A stretch of DNA of 64,000 nt from Sedimentisphaerales bacterium (GCA_963663965.2 CAXXFK010000042.1:1-64000), one strand, 5' to 3'; positions 10,910 to 20,594 are shown, numbered from the stretch's first letter. A program made the numbers and translations. Notes: generated by a model from the sequence alone, not told the origin.

Positions 10910-11049
10910 ATGACGCGATTAATTCTACTGGGAATATTAGTTTCTGTCGGTGTTTGCAAGGCCGGTGTGGTGGAATATCCGCAGATGGTTGAGATCAAAG
11001 AAACGGATTCCGCTGCCAATATTATCGAAAAGTCCGCCAGTGTGCGGCC
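10910..11049 (+). pseudogene. N-terminal stub of a secreted glycoside hydrolase (resembles GH29 alpha-L-fucosidase N-termini), cut by a mobile-element end
   Basis: Signal peptide then IKETDSAANIIEKSASVRP; sequence switches to the IS-end repeat at 11050. Confidence 0.5.
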
Positions 11050-11210
11050 TTACAGTGCAAAAATTCATCCGCAGCTAACTTTATGTCCCTACGCCAGTTA
11101 GTTTTCAGAAAATCAGCCGAAATTGGAGCATAAACTCTCGACCATTGAGAGTGTAAACGCCGAGAAAATAACTTTAGAGTTGATCCGTCATTAAAATGAA
11201 TTCCCTAGGA
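11050..11210. mobile_element. Orphan copy of the terminal ~160 bp of the rve-integrase element
   Basis: Aligns with 11359-11456 joined to 13447-13507 (TTACAGTGCAAAAATTCATCC... versus TTACGGTGCAAAATTCATCC...). Confidence 0.8.
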
Positions 11211-11226
11211 CGGCTATAATATTGTA

Positions 11227-11355
11227 TCATAGTTCAGGAAAACCCAACAAAAATTTCCATATAGGAATAATACTTATTGAACGAGTATCAGATATAATTT
11301 TCTCTTCTTCAGTGCGAGTAATGATGAAACCTTCCTTCAGATTTTGTTCGGTCAT
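11227..11355 (-). pseudogene. C-terminal fragment of an AAA+ ATPase (DUF4143-type tail)
   Basis: Manual translation MTEQNLKEGFIITRTEEEKIISDTRSISIIPIWKFLLGFPEL* matches the typical G.IIT...E......I..IP.W.FLL ending. Confidence 0.55.
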
Positions 11356-11456
11356 GGTTTACGGTGCAAAATTCATCCGCAACTAACTTTATGTCCCTAC
11401 GATAATTAGTTTTCAGGAAATCAGCCGAAATTGGAGCGTTTACACTCGACCATTAA

Positions 11457-13442
11457 CCCAAGTTCCACAGTAGTCTGTTTTTTTGCGATTTTGAAAATTT
11501 TTTCGACAGCGTGATCGCCGATACCGTTCTATAAACGAGGTTGGTTTCTTCAAGTGGCGCCCCAAAAATCGCAAAATCAAATGTAGTGAAGACCTTGGGG
11601 GTTGTTTTGGTGATTTTTGGCCATAAAATAGGGGTATGTACATCAGGCCATGTTACAAGAATAAGAACGGCAAAAACCATGCCTATTGGGCTTTAGTGGA
11701 ATCATACCGCACAGCCCGCGGTCCTCGCCAGCGAGTTGTATCATATCTCGGCCAGTTAGCTGAGGATGAGCGTCTTGGCATAAAACAGGCCGCACTGGGT
11801 AACAAAAAAGAGCAATACAAGCAGCTTCATTTATTTGATGAGGATAATCAGCCTGAGCCGGAATGGGTGGAGGTTGATGTGGCCAATGTTACAGTTGAAA
11901 AAGAGCTGGACTTTGGTGGTCCCTGGCTGGCACTGCAGTTGATCCAGAAACTCAAGCTTGATGATTTATTTGAATCTATCATGCCTGCAGGCAGGGAACT
12001 TGTTCCCTGGTCGAAAATGGCTTTGGTTTTAACGATTTGCAGGCTATGTAACCCATCCAGTGAGCTTCATATTGCTGAGCATTACTATAGAAGTACTGCT
12101 ATGGCTGAACTTCTTGGAGTTCCGGCAGAAGCTGTTTATGATGAACGGCTATATCGGTCTCTGGATAAACTACTTCCTCATAAGGAAGATATTGAAAAGC
12201 ACCTGAAACATCAGCTAGGTGAGCTTTTCGGTCTGGAATACGATCTTTTACTATATGATGTTACCAGCACATACTTTGAAGGTCAGTGCTCTGGTAATCC
12301 TATGGCCCAAAGAGGCTATTCCAGAGATAAGCGTTCAGATTGTAAACAGGTATGTATCGGCCTTGTGGTCTCTAAATGCGGCATGCCTCTGGGGTATGAA
12401 GTATTTGAGGGTAACCGTCATGACAGTAAAACCTGGAAAGAGATCGTTCTGACCATGGAAGAGCGTTACGGCAAAGCTGACCGTATCTGGTGTGGTGATA
12501 GAGGAATGATGAGCAAAGATAACCTTGAATTCATGCAATCCGGTAACCGCCAGTATATTATTGGAGCCTCTAAGGCCACATTAAAGCGATTTGAACAGGA
12601 ATTACTCAAAGAAGACTGGAAGACTATCCGTGAGGGTCTGGAAGTAAAGATGTGCGGTTCTCCAGATGGCGATCATGAGACCTTTATCTTGTGCCGGAGT
12701 GAAGACCGTAGCAAGAAAGAAAAAGCAATGCACCAGAGATTTGAGAACAAGATAGAAGAATCTCTGGAAAAGCTGAAAAGCGGCTGTGAGAAGCGAAAAT
12801 ACAAGAAAGAAACTGTTGACCGGCGTGTCGGCAGTATAATGAGTAAAAACAGTCGTTCTGCCGGATTGTTTGAGGTTGAAGTCGTTGAATCTGATGGTGG
12901 AGTTACTATAAATTGGGTAAAAAATGAAAAATGGCGGGTATGGGCCGAACTCAATGAGGGTTGTTATCTGCTGAGAACGAATGTGTCAGACTGGTCTGCC
13001 GAGGATTTGTGGAAGGCATATATCCAGTTGACTGAAGCGGAAGCGGCCTTCAGGATTCACAAAAGTGACCTGAAGATAAGGCCCGTCTGGCATCAGAATC
13101 AGGATCGGGTGCTGGCTCATATACTTGTCTGCTTTTTGGCTTATGTTTTGTGGAAAACCCTGCACCAGATGGTGATTGCCGCAGGTCTGGGTGATGAGCC
13201 AAGACGGGTATTTGACGAATTGGGCAAGATCAGTCTTGTCGATGTGGTACTACCAACCCGAAAAGGGGTCAATATCCGCCGGAGATGCGTCCGCAAACCT
13301 GCCGACCATCAGGGTATTTTACTGTCCAGATTGAAGCTGAAAATGCCTCGGCATATAACGAGTTGAAGCGAAATGTAGTGAAGACTTTCGGCCCTGTCGC
13401 TATCAAAAACGGCGATTTAACCCCTTAACTGTGGAACTTGGG
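11457..13442 (+). mobile_element. Complete IS1634-family insertion sequence
   Basis: Perfect 14-bp IRs CCCAAGTTCCACAG / CTGTGGAACTTGGG, flanking TTAA duplication (11453-11456, 13443-13446), internal direct repeat AAATGTAGTGAAGAC at ~11579 and ~13371. Confidence 0.92.
11636..13366 (+). CDS. IS1634-family DDE transposase
   Basis: YWALVESYRTARGPRQRVV, YDVTSTYFEG, RGYSRDKRSDCKQV, DRGM, Y.QLTEAEAAFRIHKSDL.IRPVWHQ...RV.AHILVCFLAY. Confidence 0.95.
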   Translation: MYIRPCYKNKNGKNHAYWALVESYRTARGPRQRVVSYLGQLAEDERLGIKQAALGNKKEQYKQLHLFDEDNQPEPEWVEVDVANVTVEKELDFGGPWLALQLIQKLKLDDLFESIMPAGRELVPWSKMALVLTICRLCNPSSELHIAEHYYRSTAMAELLGVPAEAVYDERLYRSLDKLLPHKEDIEKHLKHQLGELFGLEYDLLLYDVTSTYFEGQCSGNPMAQRGYSRDKRSDCKQVCIGLVVSKCGMPLGYEVFEGNRHDSKTWKEIVLTMEERYGKADRIWCGDRGMMSKDNLEFMQSGNRQYIIGASKATLKRFEQELLKEDWKTIREGLEVKMCGSPDGDHETFILCRSEDRSKKEKAMHQRFENKIEESLEKLKSGCEKRKYKKETVDRRVGSIMSKNSRSAGLFEVEVVESDGGVTINWVKNEKWRVWAELNEGCYLLRTNVSDWSAEDLWKAYIQLTEAEAAFRIHKSDLKIRPVWHQNQDRVLAHILVCFLAYVLWKTLHQMVIAAGLGDEPRRVFDELGKISLVDVVLPTRKGVNIRRRCVRKPADHQGILLSRLKLKMPRHITS

Positions 13443-13555
13443 TTAAGAGTGAAAGCGACGAGAAAATAACCTTAGAATTGATCTACCATTGAAGTGAATT
13501 CCCCAGGCGCAGATCCCATCTGCAGCCAGGGAGGATCTATCAAAATGATAAAGAC

Positions 13556-14635
13556 TTAACCCGCCAATCGATGATACGATTTCAGCAATCCACCCAGTCG
13601 CTCTATGCACTGAATCTCTGAGATGCCATCCACCGGATGCTTTGGATCAATGATTCTTCCCAATGATTGATGAATTCTCTCGTGATGATAGTATTTTTCA
13701 TATTGGGTCAGAACATATTTCAGTTGCTCAACCGATGACAATAGCAGGTGATCTAAACATTCGGATTTGACGGATTTCACGAAGCGTTCCGCGTAGCAAT
13801 TTAAATCTGGACTTCGGGCCGGCAACTTCAGGGTCTGGACTCCTGAGCCTTTTAAGATCTCAACAAATCCCTCAGAGGCATACAACGGATCCCGATCATG
13901 GATTAGATAGCGTTTACCATTCAGGAAGCCCTGATCACTATCGGTTAAAATCCGGGCCACCTGACGCATATACGGGCCATCCGGCTGAGGCTTGATGGGT
14001 GCAAAACAGATTCTCCGGGAAGCCAGCTCTATCACAAAGAAAACCGTGCAACGGACCAGTTTAGTGCCCACGAGAAGCTCCATCGTGAAAAAGTCGCAGG
14101 CGGCCAATACCTCCCAATGACTTCTGATAAATTCATGCCAGGTGGATCGGACGGTTAAGTCCGGTTCAGGATCGAACCCATTTTCAATCAGAATGTTTTT
14201 GACGGTAGACTTACTGATATGATAACCCAGATACACGACCTGATCGGTAATCTTCTGATAACCCCAGCGGAGATTTTCTTGCTTCATTTGAATAACCAAC
14301 TGGATGATGTCCTGACTGATTTGTGGCCGACCTGGTTTGCCACGCTGCTTACTGCCATCATACTTTTCTGCGATCAGTTTATGATACCATCGCATTACCG
14401 TATCTGGCGTAAACAATACCGTGCATTGTTCCAGCATCTTTCGACTGAGTTGTTTAGCCTTAGCTGCCATTCTTATTCGTTGAGGATTGGTCAACAGAAT
14501 GCGTTTGTTCTGTTGCTCTTGTTGTTCAATCAAGACTTCCACCTGAGTTTTGAGATACTCAATCGCCTGATAGAGTTCTTTATTGATGCAGTAGGCAATA
14601 TACGTCGCAAGGGTGATCCATATCCGCTGTTTCAT
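13556..14635 (-). CDS. Integrase-core (rve) DDE transposase
   Basis: TPDTVMRW, PGRP, ENLRWGY, ACDFFT, LIHDRD, PARSPDLNCYAERFVKSVKSECLD, YHHERIHQSL. Confidence 0.92.
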   Translation of the reverse strand: MKQRIWITLATYIAYCINKELYQAIEYLKTQVEVLIEQQEQQNKRILLTNPQRIRMAAKAKQLSRKMLEQCTVLFTPDTVMRWYHKLIAEKYDGSKQRGKPGRPQISQDIIQLVIQMKQENLRWGYQKITDQVVYLGYHISKSTVKNILIENGFDPEPDLTVRSTWHEFIRSHWEVLAACDFFTMELLVGTKLVRCTVFFVIELASRRICFAPIKPQPDGPYMRQVARILTDSDQGFLNGKRYLIHDRDPLYASEGFVEILKGSGVQTLKLPARSPDLNCYAERFVKSVKSECLDHLLLSSVEQLKYVLTQYEKYYHHERIHQSLGRIIDPKHPVDGISEIQCIERLGGLLKSYHRLAG

Positions 14636-14763
14636 AGTCCCAAAAGTCTATCAAATCAGAAAAAAACTGCAATTAGGTTCATCCGAACGTTCTTTAAGTG
14701 TCTGCTTATAAGGAAATTATAGGATAATAATTTTTGCACCCTAAGACATAAGATCTAATGCAA

Positions 14764-15285
14764 TTATTCTTCAGAATCAGTGTGTTCTACTGCTTCGATT
14801 CGGAGTAGCACAACCTTTTCTTTTTTGTATGTGGAAATCAGAAATCGAATTGTTGTATGGTTTAGAATATCACCAAGGTCCATGTAGGCAGGCATATTAA
14901 TTTGTGGTTGACCACTTTGGTAGGTTTTTGTGACAGCTTTCCTGATCGTGCAGGATTTACAATGGATTGTCTGTCCACAACCTCCGGGATAATTTGAATA
15001 TTTACATTGGAATGCTTTTCCCGCAAGATTATTCTGAATATCTTTTTTATCTTTGGAAATAAATTTCATTCCTTGTGAATTGGCTCCAAGTACACAAACA
15101 TTTTGATCCACAACGAAAATTGGAATTTCCAGAGTATTCAGGAACGCCTCGAATGATTCGCCGAGATTGGTAACCATATTCGGGAAACAATCCGGGCAGA
15201 TTCCATGGCTGATTTGAATTTCCGGATTATCTGGTTCTTCGATAGTTCCTAAATAAATATGACAATAGAGTCTGTTGCATAACAC
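14764..15285 (-). CDS. Cys-rich PAS-like domain protein
   Basis: SHGICPDC, PIFVVD...V..AN and GCG....C..CTIR motifs; AT-rich. Confidence 0.6.
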   Translation of the reverse strand: MLCNRLYCHIYLGTIEEPDNPEIQISHGICPDCFPNMVTNLGESFEAFLNTLEIPIFVVDQNVCVLGANSQGMKFISKDKKDIQNNLAGKAFQCKYSNYPGGCGQTIHCKSCTIRKAVTKTYQSGQPQINMPAYMDLGDILNHTTIRFLISTYKKEKVVLLRIEAVEHTDSEE

Positions 15286-15359
15286 CCCATTAAATATTTG
15301 AATTAGGATCGCGGTTGATTAAAATCGTTGTTGAAGTCAAGCTGACGAAAGGAACACAC

Positions 15360-15770
15360 ATGGCGTACAATTTTCGCCCGATCAACCGCAATCAGGCGTA
15401 TCTGATCCCGCCCAGTCTGGAGGACTGGCTGGGAGAGGGGCATCTGGTCTGGTTTGTGCTGGAAGCGGTCGAGCAGATGGATTTAAAGGAATTTTACCGG
15501 CATTATCGCGAGGATGGCTGCGGCAACACCTCGTATCATCCCCAGTTGCTGGTGGCGTTGCTGCTCTATGCCTACTGTCACGGTGAGACCTCCAGCCGGC
15601 AGATTGAGCGATTGTGTCAGACCGATATCGCCTACCGGGCGATCACGGCCCAGCAATTTCCCGATCACAGCACGATTGCCCGGTTTCGCCAGAAGCACCA
15701 CACGGCGCTGAAAGGGTTGTTTCTGGAGGTTTTGAAGCTGTGTGCCCAGGCCTGGGCCGCACTCGTCTGA
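15360..15770 (+). pseudogene. IS1182-family transposase, N-terminal (DUF772) fragment
   Basis: LIPPSLEDWL, YHPQLLVALLLYAY, SSRQIER, PDHSTIARFR. Stops before the DDE domain; possible left end near 15304. Confidence 0.88.
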
Positions 15771-15859
15771 CCGAAAGATTTAAATTGGGGGGATTGCGCC
15801 GGTTAAAATTCCAGCGTCCGTCAGGATGCTTCTTTCCCCGCCCAGGGGAAACCGACACC

Positions 15860-16003
15860 CTAATATTCCCTTACCAGATTGGGACACCGCATCGCTACCC
15901 TCACAATCGCCCGTCTCACCTCCATTGTCTGGATCAACTCCACTATCGTCTCCGCCAGTTCCTGCCTGTCTAACGCCGACAGTGTAACCATTGCTTCTTT
16001 CAT
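15860..16003 (-). CDS. 47-aa hypothetical protein (phage/ICE-like micro-ORF)
   Basis: MKEAMVTLSALDRQELAETIVELIQ...CPNLVREY*; GGAGG RBS and ATGA overlap with the upstream ORF. Confidence 0.55.
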   Translation of the reverse strand: MKEAMVTLSALDRQELAETIVELIQTMEVRRAIVRVAMRCPNLVREY

Positions 16004-16170
16004 TTCAAGCACCTCCGTACCTTATCCATTCCACCGAGATCCTCGACCGTAACCAACAACCTCTTCCCATCCCAGTCAACCACCGCATACTCTATTCCAT
16101 CATCCACCTTTGCATAAACCCGGTTATATTGTATTCCGTTTTTCAGTAATCTCTCAATTTTCTCTCTCAT
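16000..16170 (-). CDS. 56-aa hypothetical protein
   Basis: MREKIERLLKNGIQYNRVYAKVDDGIEYAVVDWDGKRLLVTVEDLGG...; GGAGG RBS and ATGA overlaps on both sides. Confidence 0.55.
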   Translation of the reverse strand: MREKIERLLKNGIQYNRVYAKVDDGIEYAVVDWDGKRLLVTVEDLGGMDKVRRCLK

Positions 16171-16301
16171 AAAATCGCCTCCATCGCCTGATAGATCCGC
16201 TTTCGCATCGCAATGTCCGACTCATCCCAGCCGTCACACCACCGCCGGTAATCCAGCAGCGCTGCTTCAATGATTCCTCGATATTCCTCCGGTATTTTCA
16301 T
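16167..16301 (-). CDS. 44-aa hypothetical protein
   Basis: MKIPEEYRGIIEAALLDYRRW...; GGGAGG RBS; coupled to the next ORF. Confidence 0.5.
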   Translation of the reverse strand: MKIPEEYRGIIEAALLDYRRWCDGWDESDIAMRKRIYQAMEAIL

Positions 16302-16777
16302 TTTTGACCCTCCCGAACCATGCTCTGATTCGCTCAATGGGGTGCGAATCATACGCAATCCTCTCTCTCATATTTCTCTCATTCGTATCGCTTCAGTTCC
16401 TCATACTGCCGGGGATATTGACACCGCGCGCAGTTTTGATTAATCACATCGCCGGCAAAGGTTTTCACCACTTCGCCATCCACTAACACCACCGTATCGC
16501 TCACATCCGCCAACTTTATCCGAGATCGATTGTTACCTTTCTCGAAAATTGTCCGATAAATAATCGCAAACCTTGGATACCAGGTTTTTGATATTTTAAC
16601 TGAAGTGCTTATCGACATCAGGATATTACCTTGTGTTTTCTATTTCATTAACCATATAAAATTCATGATCTTATGATAACATACAATGTGTCTATGTCGT
16701 TGTTGTTACCAAGCTATAATTTTCCTCTACTGACTCATTGACTGAATTTCCAAGTTTATCGAAGCCACAAAATATCC

Positions 16778-16806
16778 TTGGTTGGGAAATACGAATTTGA
16801 TATAAT
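16778..16806 (+). promoter_or_regulatory. Putative sigma70 promoter for the metalloprotease gene
   Basis: TTGGTT-N17-TATAAT upstream of GAGGAG RBS and ATG 16899. Confidence 0.35.
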
Positions 16807-16898
16807 CATGTTATTGTATTAAGAGGAAATTTAGGTTTTTTTACGGTTAATAGAGGAAATCAGGTCAAAACCGCTCGTAAAAATGAGGAGCCAGGAAG

Positions 16899-19691
16899 AT
16901 GTTTAAACAATACTTATTCGGAATTCTCAGTACGGGATTATTGTTAATTAGTTATGCTGTTGAGGGGGCCATTATTGTTGATACAGGTACTCCCTCCAAT
17001 TCCCATGGTGTGGGCTTGGGTAATTCGGTAAGTGGTCAGGTTCCTTATGCTCATGCGGTTCGTGTGACGCTTAATCAGAACACAATCATCACGGAGATGA
17101 AGGCTTTTATGTCGGCTCGCTGGCCGGATTTACGCCTGCATGTGACGGTCTATCGGGATGGTTTTAACAGTCAGATACCAGATAAGGATGCGAGAATATG
17201 GGCTGCCCTATTCACTCCCAATCAAGCGCCGTTTGGCAAGGGGGATTGGTCAGGTGTGGAGAATCTTCATCTTTATTTGAAAGCAGGCATTTATTGGTTT
17301 TCATTTGAAAACTGGCCGGGTGACCGTTACTGGGAAAGCTTGCTGTGCCAGGCGCCCAGAGAGGCAGAGGCCAGGGCGTTCTATGATCCTGAAAATGGAC
17401 GCTGGCTCAGTGACAGTACAAGCTGGAATAGAATCGGTGTACGCATTTTAGGCGATATCGCCGCTCCACCGATCGCCGATCTGATTGCCTTGGAGGTGAT
17501 ACAATGTGTGCAGGACTGGACCAATAGTATTGATCTAATTGAAAATAAGCCAACCTTAATCCGTACTCATCTTCGCGCGAAAAGTTCCGGAATGACCCGG
17601 GTGGCGGCCCAGCTCAGGGGATTTCGTGATGAAACAGAGCTTCAGGGCTCCCCATTGGGCAGCGTCAATCCCGCTGGCTTTGTCGAAGTGGACTCCGATT
17701 CGCCAGAAAGGCGGGAGTTTATCAATTCCAGTCTGAATTTCCGTCTGCCTCCTGATTGGATAAAAGGAACTGTGAGATTGGAACTCGATGCGGGCGGAAC
17801 GGTCGACTTCAAGGAATATCAGGAGGCATCGGGTGGAACGAAAGGGGATGGCGCAGTAGAGGTTACTTTTAAAGAGGCAAAAAAATTTGATATTAAACTG
17901 GTTGCAGTCAAATGGCGTCAACCAACCGGAGAAGTGGTGGTTCCGACCAGAGAGGAACTGTATCGGGCCGCTGAAAATCTGATGGCAATCTACCCGGTTG
18001 GCCAGTATTCGGTTGCTTTCGATCTGCTCGACATTACCGATCTGGACTCATTGGTATTCCTGGACAGAAGACCAACAATGCGAATAATCAATTCAAAACT
18101 GGCGGCCAAGCGCGCCATGGATGGGGAGGCCGCCGCCGCTGGCACCGGCATACTTTACTTCGGCGCGTTCAAGGATATTAACTGGGGAGGACTGGCAAAC
18201 GGTATCCCAGGCACCGTCGCCTGTGGAGTGATATCGCCAAATTCAACCACGCTGCCCCATGAATTGGGACACTGCCTGGGAAGACATCATTCGGTGCATT
18301 CTTCCCTGTCCACCCCGGGACAGCCAAAAACAGGCCCCTGCGGATCGCGCGCTTCGGAACTGGCGCCGGATTATCCTTATATTGCGGAAATTAACAATGA
18401 AAAAAAAGCGCTGCTGGGCCCTATGAATGAAGGACCGGAAAAAATGATTTACGGTTACGACCCGGTCACCGGTTGGGTGGTCAGTCCGACGACTCATTTT
18501 GATCTCATGAGTTATTGCCAACCGCGATGGATATCCGGGTATACCTACGAAGGAATCAGTGCTGCGATCAACACGACATCATCTGCTTCTCCCGCCATGA
18601 GCCTGGAAGGAGAGCGGGTACTGATTCGTGGCATATTGAATTTTGATGAGGGGACCGGCAGCTTTGAGCCGTTGCTAAAACTAACGTCAGGTACGGTTCT
18701 TTTACCCGTTGCTGGTGATTATACCCTTGAGATGAGAAACGCAAATGGTCTGTTGACCGATTCAGTGGCGTTCGAACCGAGTATTGACCAGGAAAATGAC
18801 CTGCCAGGCGAACCGAATACCGGCTCATTTATATTTCCAGTTTTATACGACCCTGCAGTAGTTGAATATAGGATCGTTTATCACGAGAATGTTTTAATGA
18901 CAACTTCAGTCAGTGGCTTTTCACCTTCGGTTGAGGTGGTCTATCCTAATGGAAATGAACAGTTGCAAGGCGACCAGGCGATCATTATCTGGTCTGGTAG
19001 TGACGGGGATGAAGGAGATGTCTTAAAATATTCGGTGCAATACAGTTCCGACGGTGGAGCGAACTGGAATACGCTGGCCGTTGATTTGGAAACCACGGAA
19101 TATCAGGCCGATCTTCGGTATCTGGCTGGTGGAAGCGATTCCATTGTGCGGGTGATCGTAACAGATGGCTTTCAAAGCGCCAGTGACTGTAGTGATGCGC
19201 ACTTTACGGTTCGTAAAAATGCCCCGGAAGTGATGATATCATCTCCAGTGGAAGCTATTTATGCTTTCGATCAGGTCATTGTACTGGACGCAACCGGTTA
19301 TGACGTCGAAGATCGCGATCTGTCTGCTGAGTCATTCAACTGGTCTTCGGATGTCGATGGTGATCTGATTTCCGGCCCTTTTGGGCAGATAAAGGCAAGT
19401 GATCTGTCTGAAGGGTATCACGTTCTGACTGTTCAGGTTGCTGACAGTGATGGGCAGCAGGCCTCTGCCTCAGTACCAATCTGGGTATCCAGGATTGACG
19501 GGGATGTTAACGGTGATGGAACGGCTAATCTTGTTGATCTAACCAGGCTCGCCTACCAGTGGTTTACTGCTGAATGTCAAGAAGGCAACCAATGGTGTAA
19601 TGGATGTGATCTCGATCAAAACGGGCAAGTTGATCTACTGGATTTGTCGATAGTTATTGGAAGCTGGCTTGAGAGGGTTCATGCAGATTAA
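16899..19691 (+). CDS. Secreted zinc metalloprotease (metzincin/M66-like) with Ig-like domains and a C-terminal dockerin-like domain
   Basis: Signal peptide; HELGHCLGRHH zinc motif; Met-turn-like DLMSYC; YSSDGGANW; GDVNGDGTANLVDL and CDLDQNGQVDLLDL. Confidence 0.8.
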   Translation: MFKQYLFGILSTGLLLISYAVEGAIIVDTGTPSNSHGVGLGNSVSGQVPYAHAVRVTLNQNTIITEMKAFMSARWPDLRLHVTVYRDGFNSQIPDKDARIWAALFTPNQAPFGKGDWSGVENLHLYLKAGIYWFSFENWPGDRYWESLLCQAPREAEARAFYDPENGRWLSDSTSWNRIGVRILGDIAAPPIADLIALEVIQCVQDWTNSIDLIENKPTLIRTHLRAKSSGMTRVAAQLRGFRDETELQGSPLGSVNPAGFVEVDSDSPERREFINSSLNFRLPPDWIKGTVRLELDAGGTVDFKEYQEASGGTKGDGAVEVTFKEAKKFDIKLVAVKWRQPTGEVVVPTREELYRAAENLMAIYPVGQYSVAFDLLDITDLDSLVFLDRRPTMRIINSKLAAKRAMDGEAAAAGTGILYFGAFKDINWGGLANGIPGTVACGVISPNSTTLPHELGHCLGRHHSVHSSLSTPGQPKTGPCGSRASELAPDYPYIAEINNEKKALLGPMNEGPEKMIYGYDPVTGWVVSPTTHFDLMSYCQPRWISGYTYEGISAAINTTSSASPAMSLEGERVLIRGILNFDEGTGSFEPLLKLTSGTVLLPVAGDYTLEMRNANGLLTDSVAFEPSIDQENDLPGEPNTGSFIFPVLYDPAVVEYRIVYHENVLMTTSVSGFSPSVEVVYPNGNEQLQGDQAIIIWSGSDGDEGDVLKYSVQYSSDGGANWNTLAVDLETTEYQADLRYLAGGSDSIVRVIVTDGFQSASDCSDAHFTVRKNAPEVMISSPVEAIYAFDQVIVLDATGYDVEDRDLSAESFNWSSDVDGDLISGPFGQIKASDLSEGYHVLTVQVADSDGQQASASVPIWVSRIDGDVNGDGTANLVDLTRLAYQWFTAECQEGNQWCNGCDLDQNGQVDLLDLSIVIGSWLERVHAD

Positions 19692-19727
19692 TAGGAAGAT
19701 CAACGTAATATTTCTGATATAAGTTTT

Positions 19728-20072
19728 TTAATTCGCCAGCGCTTTTCGACACCGCCCGCTCTCACCAAACGCCGGTTTCTTGCTCATCTGGATGTCCAGC
19801 CACCGTTCCAACCGGCACGTTTCCCGATGCCTGCCACGGATATTGACCGCATCGTTCAGATCCATTCGGTTCGCGTCCTGTACCAACTGCCAGTCTTCAT
19901 CGCTTAATGCCTGTTCCGCTCTGACCTTTACCAAGATCGCTTCGTGCCGTTTAATCAACGCTCGATTCATCCGTTTGTTCTCCTCATCCAGATCGCTGTC
20001 CAGCGCCGCCTGCATAACTTCGTTGTCATCCTCTAACGCGAATAGTATCTGTGCTTTAATCTCTTTGTTCAT
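19728..20072 (-). CDS. Hypothetical helical protein (island backbone)
   Basis: 114-aa ORF with GGAGG RBS and a hairpin leader. Confidence 0.6.
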   Translation of the reverse strand: MNKEIKAQILFALEDDNEVMQAALDSDLDEENKRMNRALIKRHEAILVKVRAEQALSDEDWQLVQDANRMDLNDAVNIRGRHRETCRLERWLDIQMSKKPAFGESGRCRKALAN

Positions 20073-20089
20073 ATTCGTACCTCCAAAAA

Positions 20090-20131
20090 CCCGCGGTTCT
20101 CACCCGAGGGAACCGCCGGGGCTCGTTAAGC
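20090..20131 (-). repeat. Hairpin leader motif, copy 1
   Basis: CCCGCGGTTC-N11-GAACCGCCGGG-GCTCGTTAAG, immediately 5' of the minus-strand GGAGG RBS. Confidence 0.75.
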
Positions 20132-20143
20132 CCTATACTCTAT

Positions 20144-20263
20144 TCAACACCCCAACGCCTCCTCTCTAATCTCCACATCTACGTCACCCAAGATCTTATC
20201 GCAAAGCAAACAAACGCCCGCAATCTCCGCCTCTCTCGTCCCGCAAATCTCACAGTTTGACAT
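20144..20263 (-). CDS. 39-aa CxxC...CxxC zinc-ribbon microprotein, copy 1
   Basis: MSNCEICGTREAEIAGVCLLCDKILGDVDVEIREEALGC*; paralogue at 23898-24017. Confidence 0.7.
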   Translation of the reverse strand: MSNCEICGTREAEIAGVCLLCDKILGDVDVEIREEALGC

Positions 20264-20264
20264 T

Positions 20265-20459
20265 TCATACACCCTTTCTCATCGTATAACTCGCCGACTC
20301 AAACAAATTCTGCCAGATAACATCATCACTGGCTAAATCCTCCTCGACATATGATACCCACTCATCAAACTCACCCTGATTCTTCGGCTTTCGTTTCATA
20401 TACCGCTCGAATTCATCGACGCTAACGGTGATGACAATGTTGTTTCCTTTGATCTCCAT
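20265..20459 (-). CDS. 64-aa hypothetical protein (MEIK family), copy 1
   Basis: GGAGG RBS; paralogue of 24019-24210 (NIVITVS..FE.YMKRKPK.Q.EFDEW..YVE). Confidence 0.75.
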   Translation of the reverse strand: MEIKGNNIVITVSVDEFERYMKRKPKNQGEFDEWVSYVEEDLASDDVIWQNLFESASYTMRKGV

Positions 20460-20476
20460 CTTTTTTACCTCCAGAA

Positions 20477-20518
20477 CCCGCGGTTCACACTGGGAAGAAC
20501 CGCCGGGACTCGTTAAGG
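20477..20518 (-). repeat. Hairpin leader motif, copy 2
   Basis: CCCGCGGTTC-N10-GAACCGCCGGG-ACTCGTTAAG; same stem as copy 1, different loop. Confidence 0.75.
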
Positions 20519-20594
20519 CTTGTTTTTCTCTAAAAATCTGTGGTAATCAGTCACCCGCAGGGATATAGTATAGTAACAGAATGAATCGAATAAC

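Larger units (their letters stand above)
11359..14744 (-). mobile_element. IS3/IS481-like rve-integrase element (~1.4 kb when empty), interrupted by IS1634
   Basis: Imperfect terminal IRs TTACGGTGCAAAATTCATCC (11359) and GGATAATAATTTTTGCACCCTAA (ending 14744) enclose the DDE ORF at 13556-14635. Confidence 0.75.

Noticed and set aside
15304..15325. IS1182 stub end as the parent of the 53.5 and 57.8 kb MITEs
   Set aside because: Similarity (TAGGATCGCGG versus TAGGAACCGCG) is too short to support the link.
20085..20520. Integron attC sites
   Set aside because: A GTTAAGC/G resembles R', but there is no complementary RYYYAAC, the spacing is non-canonical and no integron integrase is present.
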